Assembly: GCF_009914755.1 (NCBI RefSeq)
Contig: NC_060929.1
Length of the DNA stretch: 64,000 nucleotides
From: the human T2T-CHM13v2.0 reference genome, Homo sapiens
Reading direction: 5' to 3' (one strand)
Part shown: positions 44,891 to 64,000 of the stretch, one piece after another
Layout: each line of letters begins with the position of its first letter
Numbering within the stretch: position 1 is the first letter of the stretch
Translations under genes and position numbers: made by a program
The notes under the pieces: model-generated
Told to the model about the DNA's origin: nothing
The model's database searches: none
The model's input: only the letters and a program-made list of their open reading frames with translations

Positions 44891-46240
44891 GTAAACTTTT
44901 GCGAACCTGATTCCCCCTTTTCTGTTTCCTTGCATTCCCTACTTATCGAAGCCTTTGCCATGTAGGCCTCATCCTTCTTAAACACTCAGTGCTCGCCCTC
45001 CTGCTCTGTCCTTTGCCGCCAAGCGGGAGGAAGCGATTTCTCCTGGATGCTTTTTAGGTTTATGGGCCCCTTTCTAGAACGAAATAGATACCTGGTAAAT
45101 CGTTCTTTCTGATCTGTGCTGCTTCAGTCACGAGATTTTAGCCGCAGAAGCTGACGTCCCGCTCCTACCGTGGAGATCTCTGTGAATTACAGCGGGCATC
45201 CAAAGTGCTTTTTCCTTCTGTCTCTTGTTTCTTCCTGTGGCACTGACGAAGTTAATCAGGCTTCAGCTTCCCCTGTAAAATTAGTATTGCATGACAGTAG
45301 TGCAGAGAATTTAGCAATACATAGTAATACAACATATAACTTAGATTTATTCAAAACAAACTGCAGTTTACTTCAAATCACTGTGTATGTGGGAAATATG
45401 TCCGAGATCTAATGTCAACTCTCATTTTTTGTACACAGCCATTTTGAGTAAGTTTGGTGATTTAATTAGATCATTATTTAGGAAAAAACAGCAGCACTTT
45501 TTTTTTTAGGACAATTTTTTTAATGCCTATTTTCTGGAAACCTTTTATTTGAAATCTTTTCAGCTTTATTTTATTTGTTTTTTACTACAACAAATGCGCT
45601 TTTTGTTTCTTGGATGCCTTAATATATGGTTAACAATGACTTCTTGAATGAGCTGAGGAAATGCTCAATAAACATTCGGGTTCAATTGAATTGCGCTTAC
45701 TTTACTTACGGCATCCATTTTGAGGAACGCCTTATCCTTCCCATTATGATGTAGTCATCAGACTTTCTAGAAGCTCATCAGTCTCATATAATGATGCCTG
45801 TGTTAGCGAGATTGTCTCTTACTGTGGAACTTTGTAATGTTTAGTGATACAGTGATGGGACCTGTAAGCTTAACCTGAGAAATGATCTAGACTAAAATGG
45901 AGATTAAAATGGATTGTTACTCGTGGAGAAGAGGGAAAAGAAGAAAAGCAACTAATTGTCGTGTTCTTTATCTCACAATCTCACTTCAAGTATGTGGAGT
46001 AAATATTAATTCTCAGAGTTTAAGTAACTTTTCCAAGATCACATAGCTAGTGATTGAGGCAGTGTTTCAACGCAAGGCCTGCCTCTCTTTCCAAGAGTCC
46101 GTGTTGCCTCCTAAAGAATGAAGCAGCATTCTCAGAGATAATTCCTCTACCAGCTACTCCGATGGGAATTTGGAACAGTTCTATTAACTGCTACGTGTGA
46201 TTTATACAAATTAGAAGCTATTAAAAACAGTTAAATTGCA

Positions 46241-47408
<1,168 letters not shown>

Positions 47409-48176
47409 GTCATCCCTTGAGTATAACACTGATTGACTTTAGACAACAAGAGAATTTCTCAGTGCCATATTTTACAATGTGAAAGTATAAGGAACAGGGA
47501 AGAAAAACATTAGTGCATCATTAGTTCTTGAAAGTATATATGATAACATTTAGATCCATATTTAAAATATGGATGTTAAAGATCACAATTATTTATGAAT
47601 TTGAGAGTTGTCAGATCTGTTAGTGGGCAGTATCAGTAGGTAAAAATAATGAAATTATTTCTTCTAACTCTTCAGAATCAGACAGTGATTCTATTGTGAA
47701 ATGATGACAAGAATCCATACTCATGGTTATCCTAGCAGTGGGAGAACCCTCATCAAGTAATTCTCTAATGATTTTTGGGGAGAAGGGATTCAACTTATTT
47801 TTTTCTGCTGTTGTTAGGATGTGAAAAAGTCTGTTTTATGGCTCTTACAGCTTTGGGCCTGATTAGCAAGCCTAACTTGCAGATATTGGAAGGCTCCATT
47901 CTTGAGCCTATGCACCATATGCTGGAATTTATTATCAGTGACTTAATTTGGGGCAACTTGAGGACTTCTGTGCTCTAAGAGAAAAAAATAGGAGTCTAGA
48001 CTTCTTGTTCTCTTCCAAACTGGAATTCAAAAGCCATGGTATTGGGGTCTCCATACTGTTTAATTGCCTGGATTATGAGGAGAAGACAGTGTCACAAAAC
48101 TGGTTCTTAGCCTGGTTAAACCATATTAGCAAAGTTAAACCATATTAATGGTTTTAGTTTTTACTACAGAGAATGA

Positions 48177-48796
<620 letters not shown>

Positions 48797-49355
48797 ATTA
48801 GAATTTACAGTGATTTCATTGTCCTCAATTTAGTTGCCTCAAATTTTTAAATATTACATTTTTTGTTAATTCATATGAAAACAATATTTTAAGAATCATT
48901 CATTTACTCTTTGTTTCTGCTAAAGTTTTAAGACTATTATTACTTAATATATTAATATCGATACTTCCAAGTCCTTTATATCTATTGAGTTAAACATGTT
49001 GACTACTAGCATTTTTAGGCAGGAAGTGATTTTATAGGGCATCTAGTTCAGATCCCTTATTTTGGTAAGAGAAAGAATTTTCAGGTTTGTAGATTACATT
49101 CACATTTACCAATAGCACTTTGGTAAAATACCACATTGGGATTGGTTTTTGGTTTTTGTTTTTCCTTTTCTCCCTGCCTGTTGGTAGGCAGGGTATCCCT
49201 ACCATATCTTATTCTTTGCAATACTTCTACTTTAGGTCCTGTTTCCCTCTGATTTGGCAAGAGAGACAATCTTGCAATAATAAATTAACATTCTAGCTCT
49301 GAGGAGTTCAACTAAGAAATTTTCTCATCACTAAGAGTAACTGGATTACTGCAGA

Positions 49356-50108
49356 ATGACTACAGAAGTAATATTACATTATCGACCATGTGAGAGTGAT
49401 CCCACACAACTGCCAAAAATTGCAGAAAAAGCAATTCAAGACTTTCCTACTCGTCCGCTATCAAGATTTATACCTTGGTTTCCATATGATGGGTCCAAGC
49501 TTCCACTCAGACCTAAAAGATCACCACCTGTGATTTCTGAAGAGGCAGCTGAAGATGTGAAACAGTACTTAACCATTTCAGAACATGATGCTAAGTCACA
49601 CAGTTATGATTGCACAGTAGATCTATTGGAGTTTCAACCTAGCTTGAAAAAGCAGCATTTAACCTGGTCACACACACTGAAGGAACAGACTAATTCTGGA
49701 AATCTGGGTAAACAATCAGAAAAGGGAAAACAGCACAAGAGGAGATCTTGGAGTATTTCCCTTCCCAGCAATAATTGTACTAAAAACGTTTCTCCTTTGT
49801 CTAAAAAATTGCAAGATAGTTTAAAGGCACTAAATTTACACTCACTTTATAGAGCAAGATGGACAATAGAACACACTATTTGTAACAGCCAAACTCTGGA
49901 AGACATTTGGACAAAACTCAATCAAATTATTAGGCACAATGAACTTCCATCTTGTAATGCTACAATTCAGAGGCATTTAGGCCAAATATGGGTGTTCTGT
50001 GATATTATGTATTGTGAATATGTGGGAAGTCTTCTTAAAGGAAGGTTAGCTCTTACTGGAAAAATTAATTTATTTGTGCATAAATATGGTGTTATTTTTA
50101 GTATGTAA
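49356..50108 (+). CDS. SHLD3: Shieldin complex subunit 3 (RINN1), intronless 250-aa CDS nested in TRAPPC13 intron 1
   Basis: Longest ORF in the window, not repeat-derived. N-terminus MTTEVILHYRP...FIPWFP...LPLRPKRSPP (REV7-binding region) recognised. Acceptor at 49235/49236 and downstream AATAAA 50452-50457. Confidence 0.96.
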   Translation: MTTEVILHYRPCESDPTQLPKIAEKAIQDFPTRPLSRFIPWFPYDGSKLPLRPKRSPPVISEEAAEDVKQYLTISEHDAKSHSYDCTVDLLEFQPSLKKQHLTWSHTLKEQTNSGNLGKQSEKGKQHKRRSWSISLPSNNCTKNVSPLSKKLQDSLKALNLHSLYRARWTIEHTICNSQTLEDIWTKLNQIIRHNELPSCNATIQRHLGQIWVFCDIMYCEYVGSLLKGRLALTGKINLFVHKYGVIFSM

Positions 50109-50451
50109 TGAATTTCACTGATTGTCAAAAAGAATATTCTGAATGAAATGAATATGGATTGAAATAGATAAAATAATTTTTACAGGTTTTAAAATTTTTA
50201 ATGACTTTTTAGAATTCCTAGGCTTGTCAATTAAGTCAAGAAATTGCTGAGTTCTACTTATTGGCAGCCTTCTTTTAAATGTGATAAATTATTGTTTACA
50301 CTGAATTTGAAGGTAAAAATGTTCTGTTCCTTTTGTTACAAACTGTGATTGAATTAGTCATGAATTAAGTTGTATAGTTTGGATTTTGGTTAATCTCTAA
50401 AATCTAATTTTACTGTATTTTTTTCCTTACCTCAAGTGTAATTTTTTAAAA

Positions 50452-50457
50452 AATAAA
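50452..50457 (+). terminator. SHLD3: Candidate intronic polyA signal for SHLD3
   Basis: AATAAA ~340 nt after the stop; variants AATACA (~50675) and ATTAAA (50809-50814) lie further downstream. Confidence 0.55.
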
Positions 50458-51130
50458 ACTCGAAACAATTCTCTTTGGAGTGCTATTTATGTGGCATGAA
50501 TGTAGTTCAAAGTGGGAGACTAGTCTAGATTTATAATGATGTTTCCAAAGATATGTAATAACAATTGATAGGCTGTTTTCAAACAACGATACAAAATGTA
50601 TACTTTGCCTAAAACGATAATGTATCCTGTTTTGAAGGAAAGTATCAAATGTTGAATGATTGTTTATTTCTTCTAATACAGATAATTCAGTATTAATGAT
50701 AGTTAGTGCTAATTATTACTTGGCTGATGATTGGAGTCATTGTAGGTTCCCCATAAGCATAATCTTGTAATTGGTTTTACACATCACCTCATAAAAATGC
50801 TCAAAGGGATTAAAACAGTAAAAGTTTTGTAGAAGCATGTATGTTTGTTTAACATATTTAAATGCCTACTTTGCACTAGGTGCTAGGATATACTAGGGAA
50901 GGAGACAGACATGGACCTTGCCCTCACACAGCTTACATGTCATTACTACTATTAAACACACCAGCTCCCTAAGAAAAATAAGACTGCACTTAACTAGGAA
51001 TATAGACATGTTTACCTTGAAGCTCAGTGCCTGTCATGGTAGGAGCTTGATAATGCATGGTAAACATTCCCTTCAGAGGGATTCTTCATAGCCTGAGATG
51101 GCTGAGGTTGCTTAAAATGGAAGCCCACTA

Positions 51131-51470
51131 ATTTTTTTTTCTTTCTAACTTTTATTTTAGGTTCAAGGGGTACATGTGCAGATTTGTGATATGGGTAAAT
51201 TGTGTGCCACAGGGGTTTGGTGTACAAATAGTTTTGTCACCCATGTAATCAGGATAATACCCAATAGGTAGTTTTTTAGTCCTCACCCCCTGCCACCTTC
51301 TACCCTCAAATAGGCCTCAGTGTCTATTGTTCTGTTTTTTGTGTCCATGTATACTCATTGTTTATCTCTCACTTATGAGAATATGTGGTATTTGATTTTC
51401 TGTTCCTGCATAAATTGGCTTAGGATAATGGCCTCCAGTTGCATCTACGTTGCTGCAAAGGCCATAATCT
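51131..51470 (-). mobile_element. 5'-truncated L1PA (older primate) 3' end
   Basis: T-tail then TTTTATTTTAGGTTCAAGGGGTACATGTGCAG...GATAATGGCCTCCAG. Confidence 0.85.
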
Positions 51471-51816
51471 GAAAATATGAAGAAAAAAGTTGCTTTTAAT
51501 ACCAAGTTGGGATCACTTTATTTTTAATGGAGGATCATTTTTTACCCACCATCTCATCCCCTGCTAAACCACAGGAATCATGAAAAACTAAGCTTTATAG
51601 GACTTTTCTTTATAATAGAAATTGGAACCTATAATAAGCAAATATGTTAGCTACATGTTTGGGTGAACTCCAGGACACTAAGAAAAAAAAAAAAAGGAAT
51701 GTTTCAGGATTCCCTTGAGACTGTATTTTCTCTTTATTCAGATTTGTTTTCTAATGAAATGAAAAAAATAATAGGGAAGAAATAGAAAACACCAACTGGT
51801 ACTAAAAGTGAACTTA

Positions 51817-52031
51817 CCAGCCTGGGCAACATGGTGAAACTCCGTCTCTACAAAAACTACAAAAATTAACCGGGCATGGTGGCATGCGACAGTAGTCGCA
51901 GCCTCTTGGTGGGCGGGGGTAGGGGGTGGGTCTGAGGCAGGAGGTTCACTTGAGCTCAGGAGGTCAAGGCTGCAGTCAGCCATGATCGTGCCACTGTAGT
52001 CCAACCTGGGTAACAAAATGAGACCCTGTCT
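51817..52031 (+). mobile_element. Truncated AluJ with G-rich insert
   Basis: Partial dimer interrupted by GGGCGGGGGTAGGGGGTGGG. Confidence 0.82.
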
Positions 52032-52079
52032 AGTGATTTTAGCTGTTTAAATTGGGAGAAACTGCCTCCTGTGTATCAC

Positions 52080-52125
52080 TTTCAGGGCACCTTTTTATCT
52101 GTTTTCAGGGCACCTTTTTCTCTGT
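52080..52125. repeat. 23-bp tandem duplication
   Basis: TTTCAGGGCACCTTTTT(A/C)TCTGT x2. Confidence 0.9.
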
Positions 52126-53054
52126 TTTCGTAGTTAAAAATAAGAGTGAAGGTTGGAAACGCCTCCCCATATTCATCTGTAGCTGATTAATACTCTTTGG
52201 AATACATTCCTACTTTGAATTCCCATGGGGTATTTCTGGTAAGGCATGACATTCCAGGTTTATGGCTCCAGGCTTATAATTAATAATTATTATAGAGAAT
52301 TATTTTTGAACAGAGTGAAATCACCAGGGTTCAAATCTAGATTCTACCACTTATCTACTAATATAATCCTTTGTATGCAAATTACCCTCTGCAGGCATTG
52401 TCAATGCCCTATCTGTATATTGGGGTTAATGTAATACCAACTTAGAGAGTACTCATGAGAATTAAATGTGTTCAGCTTGTAAAATATTTAGCATAATGCC
52501 TGGCGCTAGTAAATGCTCAGTAAATGCTAGCTATACAGAGTAACTTCAGAAATTTTAAGGGTAGCATTTGTTGACTATTTCAAAAGCCAGCTGCTTAATA
52601 TAGCAGGTTTTTAATTGCCTTCAGTTTCTGAAACTTACACTTTCAAAATAATGTCAGTTATTTAGGGACTTTCATGAAGTGCTAATTATTTTATTCAGGG
52701 AAGATCTGAATAGCAGAACCTACACCAAATATGGATGCTACAAAACTGAACGTAGTACATAAGAGCCTAGACCTCATGGAGTTTGGAAAGGAGTGCTATA
52801 AACAAATAAATATACTGCATGATAAATACAAGGTACCATGAGTGAAACAGAATGACCTGTTACTTTTTTTCTGAAAAAGATGACATTTAAGCTGAAACCA
52901 GAATGAGAAAGCCACTAAATTTGATATGAATGCCATAGTTGGTTAATTAGTAGTTGGGTGGTACATTTTTACATATGCTAGAACATTACTTATATTCTGA
53001 ATTGACCATGTAGGTCTATAGTCTTTATAGTATTTTGGCTTTGATTTGAAGGAA

Positions 53055-54696
<1,642 letters not shown>

Positions 54697-55063
54697 TTAA
54701 TATTTTGTTGATATTGTTTATGGTGAAATCACTTAGAATTTTGTTAAAGCCTTATGCTCCTAATACTCTTTAAGCTTTAAAAATTATATTTTCCAGTTTT
54801 TCTATAATGAATGTATATTGTATTTACATTTAATTTTTATAATTCATAGGTTGTAAATAAATGGTGCTTATTTTGTAACATTACAATTCTTAATAAATCA
54901 CTGATGTGTGATAACCTTAGGAAGTATGTAGTATTATATTTAGGAAGTATTTAGGTTATATTTTATGTTAGTATAAAATGGATGAATGTCATACACTAGA
55001 CTTGAGAATATTAACCCTAAGCAGTATTAATGTTTTGTTTTCTTTTACTTTTTTACTTCACAG

Positions 55064-55132
55064 TGATGCGGCTGACTAAGCCTACTTTATTCACCAATAT
55101 CCCAGTAACATGTGAAGAGAAAGACTTACCTG
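55064..55132 (+). CDS. TRAPPC13: TRAPPC13 exon 2 ([23 protein letters not shown])
   Basis: Long pyrimidine tract plus CAG; GTATGG donor; 69 nt; restores the LALKVMRL motif. Confidence 0.95.
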
Positions 55133-55706
55133 GTATGGCACATGCTTTCCTCTATTTGCACCTAGGGAAAGGTTGAAACCTGAATTGCCTGCATTACCTT
55201 GGACTAAGCCTAGCCCTGTAAATTTTATGCTAACCATTTGCTGGATTCTTTGTTGCCTATTTTTGTATCATGTGAAAGGTGGCCATCTGAGTAACAGGCC
55301 TTACTTATACTCTACAAGTCCAAATTATGTTGATATCCTATGGCAGTATGAGACAGTTTAAGATACATTCATATTCATAATACTATTAAAATTGCCTTTA
55401 TCCTCAAATGTTGCATCAATGTATGTATTAGCATTCCCTTTTTTTTTTTAGAATTATTGGGGCTTTCTCTAGTATATTTTCTATCTCATGACGTACATTT
55501 TTCTTTGTTTCTAAAGTTTCCATTCCCTGTGAGATCAGAATTTTTTTGACATGCTTTGTTGTATTAAAATCTAGAAGTTAGACTTTTTAAATATCATCTT
55601 TGTCAAGAGGTTGTTTTTTAAAATATCTCTCCCAGCTATTTCTTTATATAAGTAAAAGTTATTTAAAGGGTAGATGTTAGAATTTTATGTTTTTCTCTTC
55701 ATTCAG

Positions 55707-55806
55707 GAGATCTCTTTAACCAGCTGATGAGAGATGATCCTTCAACCGTTAATGGTGCAGAAGTTTTAATGTTGGGAGAAATGCTGACTTTACCACAGAA
55801 TTTTGG
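55707..55806 (+). CDS. TRAPPC13: TRAPPC13 exon 3 ([14 protein letters not shown]...LTLPQNFG)
   Basis: CAG acceptor, GTAAG donor; 100 nt, in phase. Confidence 0.95.
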
Positions 55807-55841
55807 GTAAGAATGACATATTCACATAAGAAACCTTGTAA

Positions 55842-56204
<363 letters not shown>

Positions 56205-57116
56205 ACATGATACATTTGAGGGGCAAAAATATTATTAAAAAATCATACTATGTGATTATGGCTTTCTGTTATTAAAAAAAAAAGATATATACCAAAATAA
56301 AATGTTAATAGTGGTTCCTAGCATAATAGAATTTTAACTTTCTTCTTTAGATCTTACTATATTTTGTAATGGCCACATAGTCTTTTAACTACTAATGTAA
56401 ACATCTTTTTCAGAAGCCAGTCTTTGTTTTTTTGCATCATAGTCCTCTCCCAAAATGAGTTATCAGACTTGTCAGCTAATTAGGAACTCTAAATTTATTT
56501 CTTCTGTTATCCTTAGCTGTATTATTATTCTAGATTAATAATAAGGTAGAAGCCCCTGGTTCCACTCTGTTTGCAACAGACAGAATTTGAGACAAAAAGA
56601 AATTTTACAGATTGTTTTTATAGTTTTACAGAATGTGGTCATTGACTAGTGTCTTGAAAAACTGGGAAATATATTCATGTAAAAAGTATAAAACTAAAAT
56701 AAAACCACTGGTGATTTTTATTCAAGTAACCTAGGAAATAAAATAAATTGGTAAAAATACCCCAATATCAGTAACTTAGATCTCTTCTAGATTCAGGGAA
56801 TAAGTTATTTCAAGAATGGAAACTTGGCTCTCTCTAACCTATTCAGATACAAATCCTAAGACTTTAGCATAGGTCTAATTTCAATGAGTCTTATCTCTAG
56901 TGAGGTTGGCATTTTGTACAGTAGTCAAAGGCCAAGATATATCATGTTTTATAGATTACGTCTGTATTTTGAATTGCACTAGGTAATGAATGAGTGGCCT
57001 AGTGTGAACAAAGGAATGTTGAAGCAGTATTTCACCAGATTTCTATCCTTCAGTAAATGTTTCTCCATTTGAAGTTCTTAGTGATTCTCAAACAGATTAT
57101 TTAATGTAAAACCTGA

Positions 57117-57910
57117 TGGGCATGGTGGCTCACGCCTGTAATCCCAGCACTTTGAGAGACTGAGGCGGGCGGATCATGAGATCAGGAGATCGAGACCATC
57201 ATGGCTAACATGGTGAAACCCCGTCTCTACTAAAAATACAAAAAATTAGCTAGGCGTGGTGGTGGGTGCCTGTAGTCTCAGCTACTCGGGAGGCTGAGGC
57301 AGGAGAATGGGGTGAACATGGGAGGCGGAGTTTGCAGTGAGCCTAGATCGTGCCACTGCACTCCAGCCTGGGTGACAGAGGGAGACTCTGTCTCAAAAAA
57401 AAAAAAAAAGAAAAAAAACCTGAATGGATTTCTGCCTAAATACTTATTTTATTTTACAGGAATATATTTTTGGGAGAGACCTTTTCCAGTTATATCAGCG
57501 TTCATAATGATAGCAATCAAGTTGTAAAAGACATATTAGTAAAAGTAAGTAACATTCTTACTTGGGATGTATTTTAGTCTTTAACAAAGGTTTTTTTTTT
57601 AGGCCGGGCATGGTGGCTCATGCCTGTAATCCTAGCACTTTAGGAGGCTGAAGCAGGTGGATCACCTGAGGTCAGGAGTTCAAGACCAGCCTGGCCAACA
57701 TGGTGAAACCCCATCTCTACTAAAAATACAAAAATTAGCCAGGTGTGGTGGTGCACACCTGTAGTCCCAGCTACTCGGGAGGCTAAGGCAGGAGAGGCTA
57801 AGGCTTGAACCCGGGAGGTGAAGGTTGCAGTGAGCCAAGATCACGCCACTGCACTCCAGCCTGGGTGACAGAGTTAGACTCCATCTCAAAAAAAAAAAAA
57901 AAGAAAAAAA
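57117..57910 (+). mobile_element. AluY (57117-57418) and AluS (57602-57910) flanking TRAPPC13 exon 4
   Basis: Two sense dimers. Confidence 0.9.
57460..57544 (+). CDS. TRAPPC13: TRAPPC13 exon 4 ([28 protein letters not shown]); gene continues beyond the window
   Basis: CAG acceptor, GTAAGT donor; exons 1-4 total 300 nt; [15 protein letters not shown] motif spans the junction. Confidence 0.95.
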
Positions 57911-58355
57911 GGTTTTTTTATATCTATTATGTTTTTGGCACTTCATTAAATGCACGTTTGATACAATAATTTTTAATTGTCATTAACAAGCACTAATGAA
58001 TGCCTACAGTTATAAAGTATTATGTTAGGCATGAAAACATTTTTCCTATTCCACAAGATTTGTGATTGCTTGGGTGAGAAAATGTACTAGTCAAAGCTAA
58101 ATAGCAGTTTAGTATTTGTTAATGTATGTCATTAACATGGAAGATGAAAGATCACTGGAGATTATGTCAATCAGGAAGGTTTCTTGGGGGAGAGGGAATG
58201 CGAAGAGGATCTTGAAAGAATGGGAGGATACAGATAACAAGGCAAGGGAGACATGGTAATCAGAGGCAGAGACATAGTGGTACACATGTGTTCTTTTAAC
58301 AGTGAACAAATTTCACTTGGTAAGAGTCCATAAGGTGGTACAGAGGAATAGTAGC

Positions 58356-59033
<678 letters not shown>

Positions 59034-59124
59034 GTAGCCATACAATAGAGCATCTTGAAAGCCAGGCTAAGGTTTTATTTAACCTTTTTTGAAAAATTAT
59101 TTTTTAAAATGGACAAAAAAATTA

Positions 59125-64000
<4,876 letters not shown>

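Larger units (their letters stand above)
43830..45200. promoter_or_regulatory. CpG-island bidirectional promoter TRIM23 <-> TRAPPC13/SHLD3
   Basis: High CpG density relative to the flanks; divergent ATGs 790 bp apart (44054 and 44845); GC box 44103-44111; NRF1-like GCGCA motifs 44136-44162; ETS CTTCCGG 44783-44789. Confidence 0.9.

Noticed and set aside
49352-49358. CAG immediately before the SHLD3 ATG as an acceptor creating a TRAPPC13-SHLD3 fusion protein
   Set aside because: The phase-1 donor gives GAA TGA (stop), and there is no pyrimidine tract.

Overview
Mammalian (human-type, Alu-rich) genomic DNA. I recognise it from the translated exons as the PPWD1-TRIM23-TRAPPC13/SHLD3 locus. Contents: (1) the last four coding exons of PPWD1 (+, cyclophilin domain, stop at 7158); (2) the complete 11-exon TRIM23/ARD1 gene (-, ATG 44054 to stop 11552; exons sum to 1725 nt = 574 aa; RING, B-boxes, coiled-coil, then an ARF GTPase domain); (3) a CpG-rich bidirectional promoter (~43830-45200); (4) exons 1-4 of TRAPPC13 (+, 100 codons); (5) an intronless 250-aa ORF nested in TRAPPC13 intron 1, which is SHLD3 (shieldin subunit 3). 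The most notable architecture is the shared first exon: if it splices to the SHLD3 exon, the strong TRAPPC13 start codon becomes a 20-aa uORF in front of SHLD3. The genes themselves are known. The less-described items are this uORF logic, a dual-frame acceptor in the TRIM23 3' UTR, a GAG acceptor in PPWD1, U2 and U6 retrocopies altered in their functional motifs, a 56-bp copy that preserves an Alu empty site, and a MADE1 inside a 21-bp duplication. Exon coordinates were read base by base. Repeat boundaries and subfamilies are by eye and approximate.
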